A stretch of DNA of 64,000 nucleotides from Desulfobulbaceae bacterium DB1. Lineage in GTDB: Bacteria > Desulfobacterota > Desulfobulbia > Desulfobulbales > SURF-16. The notes beneath the pieces are model-generated. The model was not told the origin of the DNA and did not search any database. It worked only from the letters and a program-made list of their open reading frames with translations. Each line of letters begins with the position of its first letter. Position 1 is the first letter of the stretch. Where the stretch lies: positions 203,234 through 267,233 of the forward strand of contig MQUF01000006.1 in the NCBI GenBank assembly GCA_001914235.1, written 5' to 3'. Positions 40,948 to 50,597 of the stretch are shown here, piece after piece. Both the position numbers and the translations under genes were made by a program.

Positions 40948-42075
40948 ATGACAGTAATTTCCCGTTTTTTCTACAATTTAGCAAAAAAAATTCAAAAAAA
41001 ATATAATCGACCTCTGCCTGCATTTAAAAAACAGAATTCCATAAATTATAATAAAATATTAATACTTTGCACAACGGCAATAGGGGATACTCTCCTTTCC
41101 ACTCCGGTATTTTGCGCATTGCGGCAGGAATTTCCTGACGCAATCATCAAGGTGTTGGTTCAAAAAAAGTTTATCCCTCTTTTTTCTGATAACCCCCATG
41201 TTGACGGATTTATTCCCTTTCAAAAGGGTATAATTAATTTTTTTAAAATTGTTCATTCAATTAAGCAAGATCAATTTCAGCTAGTCCTTGCGCTCCAAGT
41301 CTCTGATCCGTTTCCTGTCTATATGACAGTGCTTGCGAAAATTCCTCTTTTGGTTGGATATTCGCCTGATCAATTAACCAGTCGTTTTTTTAGTCATGTA
41401 GTAGACCCTCCTGTCGGAAAGCATGTAATATTTCATCGTCTGGCTGTTCTTGAAGCAATCCGTCCCCATCATCCGGTTTGGTCAACCCGGCTTATTTTGC
41501 CCCTGTCGACTCATGATCAGCGGAATAAGTTGCAAGTGTATATGAAATCGGGATTTCCTGATCCGGACAAAATGACTCTTGTCGGTTTCCAACCTGGTGC
41601 CAGTAAGCAATTTAAGATGTGGCCGGTTGAGAATTTTATCATGCTTGGCCAAGAACTTATCCAGCGAAATCACAAAGTTTCAATTGTTATTTTGGGTTCC
41701 CCTAATGAAAAGAAACTGGCTGACAAAATTACAAAGGGCATCAATCGCAATGACCGGGTAACATCTCTTTGCGGCCTCATCCCAATTGGGGATCTGTCTC
41801 TAATTGTATCTTTTCTGAAAACTCTTGTGACTAATGATACGGGGACCATGCATATCGCAATTGCGTTAAAAATACCAACAGTATCTCTTTTTGTTCCTAC
41901 CAGTCACGTTGGGATAGGGCCAATTCAAGATAATGAAATTCACCACGTTATAAGCCGGCCTCGACCATGTGGTAATGATTGTGTCACGAAGAAATGCTCC
42001 GTTAACCCTTCCTGCATGTCTCTTCTTCCTGTTGATGAAGTGCTCGATGCAGTCCTGCAGAGTATTGATACATGA
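40948..42075 (+). CDS. glycosyltransferase family 9 / heptosyltransferase-like
   Basis: YNKILILCTTAIGDTLLSTPVFCALRQEFPDAIIKVLVQKKFIPLF, GFQPGASKQFKMWP, LVTNDTGTMHIAIALKIPTVSLF. Confidence 0.9.
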   Translation: MTVISRFFYNLAKKIQKKYNRPLPAFKKQNSINYNKILILCTTAIGDTLLSTPVFCALRQEFPDAIIKVLVQKKFIPLFSDNPHVDGFIPFQKGIINFFKIVHSIKQDQFQLVLALQVSDPFPVYMTVLAKIPLLVGYSPDQLTSRFFSHVVDPPVGKHVIFHRLAVLEAIRPHHPVWSTRLILPLSTHDQRNKLQVYMKSGFPDPDKMTLVGFQPGASKQFKMWPVENFIMLGQELIQRNHKVSIVILGSPNEKKLADKITKGINRNDRVTSLCGLIPIGDLSLIVSFLKTLVTNDTGTMHIAIALKIPTVSLFVPTSHVGIGPIQDNEIHHVISRPRPCGNDCVTKKCSVNPSCMSLLPVDEVLDAVLQSIDT

Positions 42076-43181
42076 AAGTAGCGCTTTATAATTTAACGAC
42101 CACGGTGCTTACTGGAGGGATTGAAACTTTCAACTGGGAAGTTGGTCGGGAATTGGATCGTCGGGGACATGAAGTTCATATTTATGGAGGGAATTCAACA
42201 TTACCTGCTAAGTATCCTCTCGCCGTCTTTACCTATCCATATCGATCACGTGACCAGTTCCCTGGTTTTGGGATGCGCTTTCAAAAAATGGCTGAAAGAT
42301 GGTCAATGGCCAGAAATTGTTCAGAAGATTTACGTAAACGTAAATATGATGTCATAATCATTCACAAACCATATGACATTCCATGGATATTGCGGGTCGC
42401 GAAACAATCAAAGAGTAAGGTTGTTTTCTGCAGCGGTGGAACAGAGTTTTTCCCTGGATATGGCTGGTTGGTAAAAAGGCTTGATTTTTTTACGGCCTGC
42501 AGCAGTTTTAATGCCGGGCAGATAGAAGATTACTGCGGGATACGGCCGAAGGTTCTTTATAATGGAGTTGACACAGAAACCTTCCGTCCTTTGACCGTTA
42601 ATAGGTCACTAAAAGCGGAGCTTCTTCCTTCCGCTGATGCACGGGTGATTTTCAGTGCCGCCCGGTTGAAGAGATTTAAAGGGTTTCATCATGTTATTGA
42701 AGCTGTTGCTAAGCTAAAAACTGAGTTCCCTGATTTTTTTTACCTGATTGCCGGCGAGGGAAACTATCGTACTGAGTTGGATGAATGCGTGCGTCGATTT
42801 CAACTTGCTGACAGGGTGAAATTTCTCGGCAATGTCCCGCATCACTTATTACCGCAGTATTATTCCTTTGCTAACGTTGCCGTATTTCCAAGTCTGCATT
42901 TGGAGACTTTTGGGATTTCAATCGCTGAGGCAATGAGTTGCGGGGTTCCTGTTATCGGTTCGGATTCTGGAGGAATACCTGAGGTGATCGGCGATGCCGG
43001 GATTTTATGCGCTCCTGGCAACAGTGACCAACTTGCCGATGGAATACGAGTAATCTTAAGCGATCAAAAAATACAACAAACAATTGGCCAGCAGGGCAGG
43101 GAACGGATATTGAATAGGCTCACATGGCAACACACTGTTGATAAACTAGAGAGTTATCTGCAAATGATACATCCGATGTGA
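42072..43181 (+). CDS. glycosyltransferase family 4
   Basis: TGGIETFNWEVGRELDRRGHEVHIYGG, VVFCSGGTEFFPG, VPHHLLPQYYSFANVAVFPSLHLETFGISIAEAMSCGVPVIGSDSGGIPEVI. Confidence 0.9.
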   Translation: MKVALYNLTTTVLTGGIETFNWEVGRELDRRGHEVHIYGGNSTLPAKYPLAVFTYPYRSRDQFPGFGMRFQKMAERWSMARNCSEDLRKRKYDVIIIHKPYDIPWILRVAKQSKSKVVFCSGGTEFFPGYGWLVKRLDFFTACSSFNAGQIEDYCGIRPKVLYNGVDTETFRPLTVNRSLKAELLPSADARVIFSAARLKRFKGFHHVIEAVAKLKTEFPDFFYLIAGEGNYRTELDECVRRFQLADRVKFLGNVPHHLLPQYYSFANVAVFPSLHLETFGISIAEAMSCGVPVIGSDSGGIPEVIGDAGILCAPGNSDQLADGIRVILSDQKIQQTIGQQGRERILNRLTWQHTVDKLESYLQMIHPM

Positions 43182-43216
43182 AATCATTAAATGGTATTTT
43201 TCTGGTATGAGAGGAA

Positions 43217-44596
43217 ATGTGTATGGCGAATATTTTGTATCTTGTCCACAAAATGAAATTTGATTTTTTATTCGGAAACTATCTCAGAAAATTTCATAAT
43301 GTTACATTTATGACGTCCGATCCCATGATCGGACTTTTTCTGGATAGCCAGTATGAAGATAGTGTTCATTTATACAAGGTCAATCCTGTTCAGGGTGAGA
43401 ACAAATCATCATTGCGAATAGAAAGTGCATTGGCGAGAACACATTTTTATACTCTTGCGAAAGACCGGAAGATAAAACAGGCTTTTCATCATCTTTGTGC
43501 GACATATTTAGAATTTCTGGACGATTATCTCATAAAAAACAATGTGGATTTGATCATCACGCAGGCCAAGAATTTCCTCGATTCTGCCTGTATTACCGCT
43601 GTCGCCAATGATAACAATCTGCCGGTATGCTACTTGGGCGGTGGTTTTTTCAGAGGTGAGTCATGTGGGGTATTATGGGAACCTTTACGCGTTTTTGAAC
43701 CAGCCATATGGCAAAAACGATGGGACAATGCGACCAAAAGAACAATTGTGCCGAGCATTGAAGTTCCGGATATGCAGTATGACCCTGTGGAGATAAAAAA
43801 ACCGAGCCGTTTGGCTTCTCTGTTGCAGAAGACGAGATATCAGCGCAATCCCTTCTGGGTATCACAGCACCCAGACCTTCGACCCACCCGCTCTTTGTTA
43901 AACGATTTGCGCCACCAGTCTCTCAAGTCAAGCGGTAAGCATTTGCCCGACCAAACATCACTCACTTTACCAGAGGAGTTCGTCTTGGTGCCATTGCAGG
44001 GTAATGAAATCTGTGGGGAAGTGCCGAATCCTCTTGGTATTACCAATATGGAGTGTTTGGCTACTCTGGTTGAAGACGCTTTGCAGAAATTAAACAGCGG
44101 GAAGAAAAACAAAATAAGAATGGTTGTCAAGGAACATCCTGCGCGTCCCGGAATTATCAGTGACAAATATAAACAACAGCATCCTGATGTTCTTTTTTTG
44201 TATAAATATCCGATGGCTAAATTACTTGAAAAAACCAAGCTGGTTGTTACTTTTAATTCTTTGGCGGGTTTTGAAGCTTTGCAGCACTATAAACCGGTGA
44301 TCACCTTTGGCCCTCTGTTTTATACCTTGCCGAAACTTGTATATAGATGCGAAGATATCAATTTGTTTCCTTCTTTGATAAATAAAGCAATTTCAGATGG
44401 TTGCGACCGGAATTCAGTTGATGATTTTGTGGCATTTTTGAAAAACCATTTCGAGATTCCCTGTCCCGGATTCAATAGAAAAAATCCGACAAAGGAAATG
44501 TTTCAGAAAATACATGGCAAGATTGAGGGAATTCTTGATTTTTGCCGTTCCCATCCATGTTCACCTAGAGACTGTATTCCTGGAGAAGATTATTAG
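43217..44596 (+). CDS. putative capsule/surface-polysaccharide biosynthesis protein
   Basis: VFVPLQGN-type core: EFVLVPLQGNEICG, IRMVVKEHPARPG, KLLEKTKLVVTFNSLAGFEALQHYKPVITFGPLFY. Confidence 0.55.
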   Translation: MCMANILYLVHKMKFDFLFGNYLRKFHNVTFMTSDPMIGLFLDSQYEDSVHLYKVNPVQGENKSSLRIESALARTHFYTLAKDRKIKQAFHHLCATYLEFLDDYLIKNNVDLIITQAKNFLDSACITAVANDNNLPVCYLGGGFFRGESCGVLWEPLRVFEPAIWQKRWDNATKRTIVPSIEVPDMQYDPVEIKKPSRLASLLQKTRYQRNPFWVSQHPDLRPTRSLLNDLRHQSLKSSGKHLPDQTSLTLPEEFVLVPLQGNEICGEVPNPLGITNMECLATLVEDALQKLNSGKKNKIRMVVKEHPARPGIISDKYKQQHPDVLFLYKYPMAKLLEKTKLVVTFNSLAGFEALQHYKPVITFGPLFYTLPKLVYRCEDINLFPSLINKAISDGCDRNSVDDFVAFLKNHFEIPCPGFNRKNPTKEMFQKIHGKIEGILDFCRSHPCSPRDCIPGEDY

Positions 44597-44598
44597 CA

Positions 44599-45726
44599 AT
44601 GAGGTTAGCCTACTGCTATCCGGAGGCATTGCCCTCTAAAACTGCTCGGTCAATTCAGGTTGTTAACACCTGTTTTGCTCTTGCGGGAGAACTCGAGGAA
44701 CTGATTCTTTATGTGCCTCAAGGCGTATATGCCGGGGGGGAGATTTTTAGTTATTATGGCTTGGAAAAACCCTCTAATTTAAAAATATCTTTTATCCGAA
44801 AATCATTAGGTCCTATCACAAGTCATAAATTCTATAATTATTTTTTGGGTGTTTCTTTAAAAAAAGATCAGCCGGATATTCTCTTTTCCAGGCATCTTCA
44901 GACTGCTGACTTTCTTCTTAATCATTCTGCCCCACTTATTTATGAATCCCATGAGATTTTTTCCGAAAAGAAAAATGCTTCCACTCGTGATAACCTGCTC
45001 GAAAAAAAGGTGATGGCGAATGCCTCTGGCGTTGTTTTTATTTCTCAGGGGTTGCGGCGTGTTATGGCGGAACACTATATAATAACGGAGAATCAGGAAA
45101 TTATTCCAAGTAGTGCAAAAAGAATAGAGTTATTCGCCGAAAAACAGATAAAACCGGAAAACGTCAACACATTTGTCTATGTAGGGACGACCCGTTACGG
45201 ATGGAAGGGTGTGGATGTCCTTATTGATGCTGTGGAGCTTTTACCTGAGAAATATGTTTTGGAGATTGTCGGCGAGCTGGATGAAAAATTTTCTAGGCAG
45301 AAAAAGGTTGTTCAGCTTATCGAGCAGGGACGGCTGATAAGCCGGGGATATCTCCAGGCCTCTGAAGTTTTTTCTTTTATGAGAAAAACGAAGGTTGCCG
45401 TCATTCCAAATTCTGCTAGGGATCGCATAAGCGCCCTTTTTACCAGTCCTTTAAAACTCATTGAGGCGATTTCTGCAGGTGTTGCGGTGGTTGTTTCGGA
45501 TCTGCCAAGTATGAGAGAAATTGTTTCAGAAAATGAGGCGGTTTTTGTCCAGCCGGACAATCCCTTTTCTCTTGCCGCCGGTGTGCGTAAACTTTTTGAA
45601 GACGATTCATTGAGAAATAAACTTGCTGAAAATGGATGGAAACGATCTCGTGAGTATTCTTGGCAGAGTCGCGCCCAAAAAATTGCCGATTTGGCTCAAA
45701 AGATACTTGGAAAATTTCCGTCATAA
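44599..45726 (+). CDS. glycosyltransferase family 4
   Basis: SVQVVNTCFAL-type start (RSIQVVNTCFALAGELE), FVYVGTTRYGWKGVDVLIDAVELLPEKYVLEIVG, VAVIPNSARDRISALFTSPLKLIEAISAGVAVVVSDLPSMREIV. Confidence 0.88.
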   Translation: MRLAYCYPEALPSKTARSIQVVNTCFALAGELEELILYVPQGVYAGGEIFSYYGLEKPSNLKISFIRKSLGPITSHKFYNYFLGVSLKKDQPDILFSRHLQTADFLLNHSAPLIYESHEIFSEKKNASTRDNLLEKKVMANASGVVFISQGLRRVMAEHYIITENQEIIPSSAKRIELFAEKQIKPENVNTFVYVGTTRYGWKGVDVLIDAVELLPEKYVLEIVGELDEKFSRQKKVVQLIEQGRLISRGYLQASEVFSFMRKTKVAVIPNSARDRISALFTSPLKLIEAISAGVAVVVSDLPSMREIVSENEAVFVQPDNPFSLAAGVRKLFEDDSLRNKLAENGWKRSREYSWQSRAQKIADLAQKILGKFPS

Positions 45727-45729
45727 AAA

Positions 45730-46539
45730 ATGATTGATGAAAAAGAGCAGATAGTCTGCAAAAATATGAGCGGCTACATCAATTCCGAAATTGATGAAAA
45801 ACTCCGAGACATCATAACCCTTAACCCACAGGTACTTTTTGAAAAGAGTGTACAAGATTTTAAACGTGAAAAACGGTCCAGAGTATCATTAATTAGTTTT
45901 TCGGGCAAGCCTTACATTGTAAAACATTATTTTGTAAAAAATTTTCTTTTTCGCATCAGACGCTTCATACTGCCTTCACTTGCTCTTAATATTAGAGACA
46001 GAGTGAAAATTATGGAACAGCACCACATATCAACCCCTGTATTGTTGGCCGCCGTCGACATAGGGAAAAGGTTTTCATATAAAGGGACAACGTGTCTTTA
46101 CGAGTATGTCAAACCCGACAAGGATAAGGACCAGCTTAGGGAAGATTTTCAAGAGCCTGAAAAACGGGATATTATTATTTCCGCCGTGGCATCTCTCCTT
46201 GGCCGAATGCACCATTCCGGCATTTATCACGGTGATGCCAAGATAAGTAATTTTCTCTGGATTGAACGTTCAGGGGAGGCCGACATTCATGTTATAGACC
46301 TTGATGATTGCCGATTTATGGGAAAAGTCACCGCAAACAAGAGATTGGCTGATCTTGCAAATTTGGTTTTTTCATTTGCCTGGTGGAACAGTACTCCAGA
46401 TCTGCCTGCAGATTGTTTCGGGGTGTATCTACAACATGATGCTTCCTGGTGTTCTGATGAAAAAGCTTTCCTGGATGAATTGAAGAAAAAGGTTGCACGA
46501 AAATTGGAGCATCGCCGAAGCAGGCAAAAGAAAAAGTAA
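45730..46539 (+). CDS. lipopolysaccharide kinase (InaA/KdkA-like) family protein
   Basis: GKPYIVKHYFVKNF, GRMHHSGIYHGDAKISNFLWIERSGEADIHVIDLDDCRF. Confidence 0.8.
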   Translation: MIDEKEQIVCKNMSGYINSEIDEKLRDIITLNPQVLFEKSVQDFKREKRSRVSLISFSGKPYIVKHYFVKNFLFRIRRFILPSLALNIRDRVKIMEQHHISTPVLLAAVDIGKRFSYKGTTCLYEYVKPDKDKDQLREDFQEPEKRDIIISAVASLLGRMHHSGIYHGDAKISNFLWIERSGEADIHVIDLDDCRFMGKVTANKRLADLANLVFSFAWWNSTPDLPADCFGVYLQHDASWCSDEKAFLDELKKKVARKLEHRRSRQKKK

Positions 46540-46555
46540 TTGTTGATCAATTACA

Positions 46556-48230
46556 CCTGAATCCGTGAGGTATCCCGGATTCTCCCTAAAAATTGTGGGG
46601 CGCGAAAAAATTTCAACACCGCGACCGCCAGAAATTTATATATTGCCAGCATATTGCTGGTAAATTGGGACATCGTCCCCGTTGTTCTTTGAAAAATTGC
46701 TATATTTGCCTGTTTTTAGGCGTATTTTCCCGGCAGGGCCTGCTGTTCAGCCACTTTCCGGCAAATTTCTCTTCTGTTCTTGCATTAGCCAAAGGCAAGC
46801 CGGTTATAAACGGCCTGAAACGAGTCAAATGCGCAACAGTGGCGGCTGAACCGCAGCTTCAGTTTCCTGCCGGTCTCAATCAGTCTGGCTGCACGGTACA
46901 TGAGTTCCTGAATAACGGTACGAATTCTCCTGCGCTTTGCCGAGTGGCGCACTGGTGAGCGATCACCGAGAAGGCCAAGCTGGCCGATAAACCGCAAGAT
47001 GTTATAAGCCAAGCCGGCCAAGGACATGATCAAGGAATTGGTCGCAAATTTTCCCGAAGGCAACCGCTCAAGATCCATGTCGGTTTTAAATTCGCTGTGA
47101 AACTGCTCGCTTGTGCCGTGGTCCCGGTAGAGCTTGATGATCTCTTTTTCCGGCAGGTAAAGGGATGTCCACCAGCCCTCAAGTTCTATATCCGGCACCA
47201 GCAGCAACTGGCCGCGTTTGTCAATGGTACGTTCAATCACGCGGACGATCAGGCGGGTACTGAACTCCTTGCCCTCGTGCTCCTGAAGCTGGTTGAAACT
47301 GAATACGGCAACCCGTTTGCCGCGTCGTGGTTCGCTCACTTCTCCTTCTTGCAGCCCACGGGCCAGCCAGGCGGGAAGGTCCTGCTTGCGGGGATTCCAT
47401 TTCAGGATGTAATCGACCTTTTTGTGGCCATAAAGCGTTGCTCGGGTCTCGACAGCATCGTGTCCGGAGTCAAGCCTGAATAACAGTGACTTTTTGGTTA
47501 AAGACTTGGCACGGGAGATGGTTTCCTGCAGAAAAGGAATAAAATTGTTTTGGCTGTGCTGGCTGCCCTCCCGGAACTCAAGATTAATACACCAGCCTTC
47601 CTCTCCCATGTAGGCGGCTATTGGCGCATAGCCGTCATAACCGTGATAGGTATGCTTGGAACCTTCTTTTTTGGTGCCGGAGTTGTCCATGCAAAAGACG
47701 TCCATATCGACGGCGACATGACCCATGGCCAAGGGGGTTACTTTTCCTTTGGCATTGCGGATGAACTCCGTGTAGGTGGAGGAAGCAATTGGCTGAAAAA
47801 CTGTTGCGGTTTCGTCAAGGCGCTGGCGCAAGGTTTCGGGCGAAGGAACCGCTTTGATGCCAAGTGATTGCTGGAAATACCTGTCGTCTTTCATGTCGGC
47901 AATGGCTTCGAAATCGCTTTTGCCAAGCGAGAGGAGCCCGAGATAACTGCGAATGACATCTGTATTGGCAATGTCCTTGGTGTCGGGTATCGCCTTTTTC
48001 AGCTTGGCGTTCAAGCTGGTAAAGCGATTGATACCGAGCCCGATCAGGGCCAGGCCGGAATGAGAGGTATAAAATTCGTCCGATGAGCGTTCAAGAATAA
48101 ATCGTTTCATTTTTTCACCTGCAGAGTGATGTTTTTAGACAGGCGAATATTGCAATATTTTTTGTTAAATTTCAAAATGTTATTTGATTATACAGACGAT
48201 TTTTACTGCAAAAATTTCACGGATTCAGGA
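46556..48230 (-). mobile_element. IS1380-family insertion sequence
   Basis: Terminal inverted repeats cctgaatccgtga (46556-46568) / tcacggattcagg (48217-48229) flank a transposase ORF. Possible TACA direct repeat just outside (46552-46555, 48231-48234). Confidence 0.88.
46785..48110 (-). CDS. IS1380-family transposase
   Basis: HSGLALIGLGINRFTSLNAKLKKAIPDTKDIANTDVIRSYLGLLSLGKSDFEAI, VDMDVFCMDNSGTKKEGSKHTYHGYDGYAPIAAYMG, LYRDHGTSEQFHSEFKTDMDLERLPSGKFATN. Confidence 0.95.
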   Translation of the reverse strand: MKRFILERSSDEFYTSHSGLALIGLGINRFTSLNAKLKKAIPDTKDIANTDVIRSYLGLLSLGKSDFEAIADMKDDRYFQQSLGIKAVPSPETLRQRLDETATVFQPIASSTYTEFIRNAKGKVTPLAMGHVAVDMDVFCMDNSGTKKEGSKHTYHGYDGYAPIAAYMGEEGWCINLEFREGSQHSQNNFIPFLQETISRAKSLTKKSLLFRLDSGHDAVETRATLYGHKKVDYILKWNPRKQDLPAWLARGLQEGEVSEPRRGKRVAVFSFNQLQEHEGKEFSTRLIVRVIERTIDKRGQLLLVPDIELEGWWTSLYLPEKEIIKLYRDHGTSEQFHSEFKTDMDLERLPSGKFATNSLIMSLAGLAYNILRFIGQLGLLGDRSPVRHSAKRRRIRTVIQELMYRAARLIETGRKLKLRFSRHCCAFDSFQAVYNRLAFG

Positions 48231-48243
48231 TACAGTTTAATAT

Positions 48244-48993
48244 TTAGGAGTTTGCCATGATTTTTGTGACGAGTTCAATGTCTTCGGGACGGTCGACTCC
48301 ATGGCTTTTGTAAGTTGTTTTGACTACATGAATGGGGATGCCGTTTTCCAGTAGGCGTAACTGCTCAAGTTTCTCTTTTTTTTCAAGAACACCGTTTTGC
48401 AGGGAAACAAAAGTTTCAAGGGTCTGCATACGGAAGGCGTAAATGCCGATATGAGCATGGAAACCATCCTGTTTCCCGTCTCGGGGGTAGGGAATTGGCG
48501 CCCTGGAAAAATAGAGCGCTTTCGCTGAGTTGTCCAGCACGACCTTGACCACGTCGGCATTGTGGGCTTCGTCAAAGTCGATTTCACGGGCAAGGGTTGT
48601 CACCTGAACATCTGAAGAAAGAAAGGGTAAGATAAGCTCCTCAAGCATTGCTGGTTCCAAAGTGGGCTCATCCCCCTGAATATTTATGACCACAGCATCC
48701 GGGGCGACATCAAGAAGTCGCGCCGCTTCAAGCACCCTCTCAGTGCCGCAGGTATGGCTGGCACTTGTCATTAAAACAGGGACATCAAGATTTTGCGCTG
48801 CAACCATTATCCTCTGATCGTCAGTGGCAAGCATGACTTTGCTTAATCGAGTACATTGACGGGTCCTGTTATAAACATGCCAGAACATTGGCTTGCCGAG
48901 GATAAGGGCAAGAGGCTTTCCTTCAAAGCGGGAAGAGGCATACCGGGTTGGGATGATTCCATAACAATCAGGCAGTAAGTCCATAATATTCAA
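48244..48993 (-). CDS. kdsB: 3-deoxy-manno-octulosonate cytidylyltransferase
   Basis: GIIPTRYASSRFEGKPLALILGKPMFWHVYNR, VVINIQGDEPTLEPAML, YFSRAPIPYPR. Confidence 0.93.
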   Translation of the reverse strand: MNIMDLLPDCYGIIPTRYASSRFEGKPLALILGKPMFWHVYNRTRQCTRLSKVMLATDDQRIMVAAQNLDVPVLMTSASHTCGTERVLEAARLLDVAPDAVVINIQGDEPTLEPAMLEELILPFLSSDVQVTTLAREIDFDEAHNADVVKVVLDNSAKALYFSRAPIPYPRDGKQDGFHAHIGIYAFRMQTLETFVSLQNGVLEKKEKLEQLRLLENGIPIHVVKTTYKSHGVDRPEDIELVTKIMANS

Positions 48994-49171
48994 AATGTTT
49001 GAGAAGCGATGTGTTAAAGGTGTCAGGCTGAAAAGCCCGGTGGTTAAACGCTGATCTTAGCAGCCTGTTGAAAAACCCTGTTGTGGCCATTGATTGAGAT
49101 TGATTTAAGAGGTGGTCCGGTTTGCTTGGACACCATCTGGGCGTTTTTAAGTGGTGGAATGCTGCTCCTGT

Positions 49172-49999
49172 TCATGCTGCCTTTTCTTGTTGTAACGTTC
49201 CCCAGTATATTTCTTCTGGGAATTTTTTGCCAAGCCCTTGGTGACGCCGCTGTTTGTTATAAAATTCAAAGTAGTTGCGGAGTTCTTTTCTGGCTACCGC
49301 TATCGAGTCGTAGGCCTTGAGGTATACTTCCTCATATTTTACGCTACGCCATAAACGCTCGATGAAAATATTATCCCGCCAGCGGCCACGACCATCCATG
49401 CTGATCCGGATTCCATGGTCCTTGAGTTTGCTGGTAAATGCCTCAGAGGTAAACTGAGACCCCTGGTCAGAGTTGAAAATTTCAGGGCAACCATATCGTT
49501 CGATTGCCTCTTCCAGAGCAGCAAGACAAAACGATGTGTCCAACGTGTTGGACAGTCTCCAGGAAAGAACTTTCCGGCTGGCCCAGTCCATGACTGCTAC
49601 CAGGTACACATAGCCCTTGGATAAAGGAATATAGGTGATATCAGTCGACCATACCTGATTGGCCCGATCAATCGTCAGTCCGTTCAGCAAGTACGGATAT
49701 GTTTTATGGCCGGGATGCGGTTTGGAAAGTCTTGGCTTACGATAGAGTGCCTCAATTCCCATTTTCTTCATGAGGTTGCTGGTCCGGCCACGGCTGACAT
49801 GAAATCCGTTATCCAGCAGTTTGTCACTGATCCGGCGGCTTCCATAGAAAGGATACCGCAGGTGGATTTCGTCAATCAGCGACATGATGTTCAGCTCGTG
49901 CTCACTGCACGGTACTGGTTGGTAATACAGGCTTGATCGAGATAAATCAAGAATCTTGCACTGTCTGGTTACTGGCAAGGCGTGATTCGTAGAGATCAT
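49172..49999 (-). CDS. IS3-family transposase OrfB (DDE)
   Basis: [91 protein letters not shown]. Confidence 0.95.
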   Translation of the reverse strand: MISTNHALPVTRQCKILDLSRSSLYYQPVPCSEHELNIMSLIDEIHLRYPFYGSRRISDKLLDNGFHVSRGRTSNLMKKMGIEALYRKPRLSKPHPGHKTYPYLLNGLTIDRANQVWSTDITYIPLSKGYVYLVAVMDWASRKVLSWRLSNTLDTSFCLAALEEAIERYGCPEIFNSDQGSQFTSEAFTSKLKDHGIRISMDGRGRWRDNIFIERLWRSVKYEEVYLKAYDSIAVARKELRNYFEFYNKQRRHQGLGKKFPEEIYWGTLQQEKAA

Positions 50000-50298
50000 C
50001 GTTTTGCGCTCGGAACGTTGATGCGCCCGAGCGCTTTGGATAAAAAATCGTTTTCCATGGTGAGCTGGCCGATTTTTGCATGTAACTCAACTTCACCTGG
50101 CCCTTGCTTCACGTTGCTGTTTTTTTCAAATATTTCGTCTGCATTTTCAAGAAGTTGCTTTTTCCAGTCAGTTATCTGGTTGGGATGAACATCAAACCGC
50201 TGAGCGAGCTCGGCCAGTGTCTGTTCTCCCCTGACCGCTTCAATGGCAACTTTTGCCTTGAATGCAGAGGAATGATTTCGTCGTGGTCTCTTTGTCAT
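49996..50298 (-). CDS. IS3-family transposase OrfA
   Basis: [48 protein letters not shown]. Confidence 0.95.
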   Translation of the reverse strand: MTKRPRRNHSSAFKAKVAIEAVRGEQTLAELAQRFDVHPNQITDWKKQLLENADEIFEKNSNVKQGPGEVELHAKIGQLTMENDFLSKALGRINVPSAKR

Positions 50299-50597
50299 GT
50301 TTTTACTCCTTTCTGTTTTTGGTGAATTTAACAGATTGGAGCAACATTTTCACTTAACAGCCTGTCCAAATTTTCCAGACCGCCTATATGGAGCCATTTC
50401 AAGATCGCCTTAATGGCGCCACCTGGTGATCGAGTTAATGGAGCCAGCGCATGTGTTGGTTGCTTTGAGTTGTAAGTGGTTTTTGTGTTTAATTGCAATC
50501 ATGATCTCCTACCCGCCCTACACTAATTTTTCAATGGGCAGGTGTCTCACTTACATTGACACAGAGGGTTACGAGAAAATTCTACTTTTTAACACCT

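Larger units (their letters stand above)
49111..50384 (-). mobile_element. IS3-family insertion sequence
   Basis: Two-ORF IS3 organisation with imperfect terminal repeats ggtggtccggtttgcttggacacc (49111-49134) / cctgtccaaattttccagaccgcc (50361-50384). Confidence 0.8.

Noticed and set aside
46593-46958. 121-aa plus-strand ORF at the IS1380 left end
   Set aside because: Overlaps the IS end and transposase 3' region antisense; no cargo function visible.
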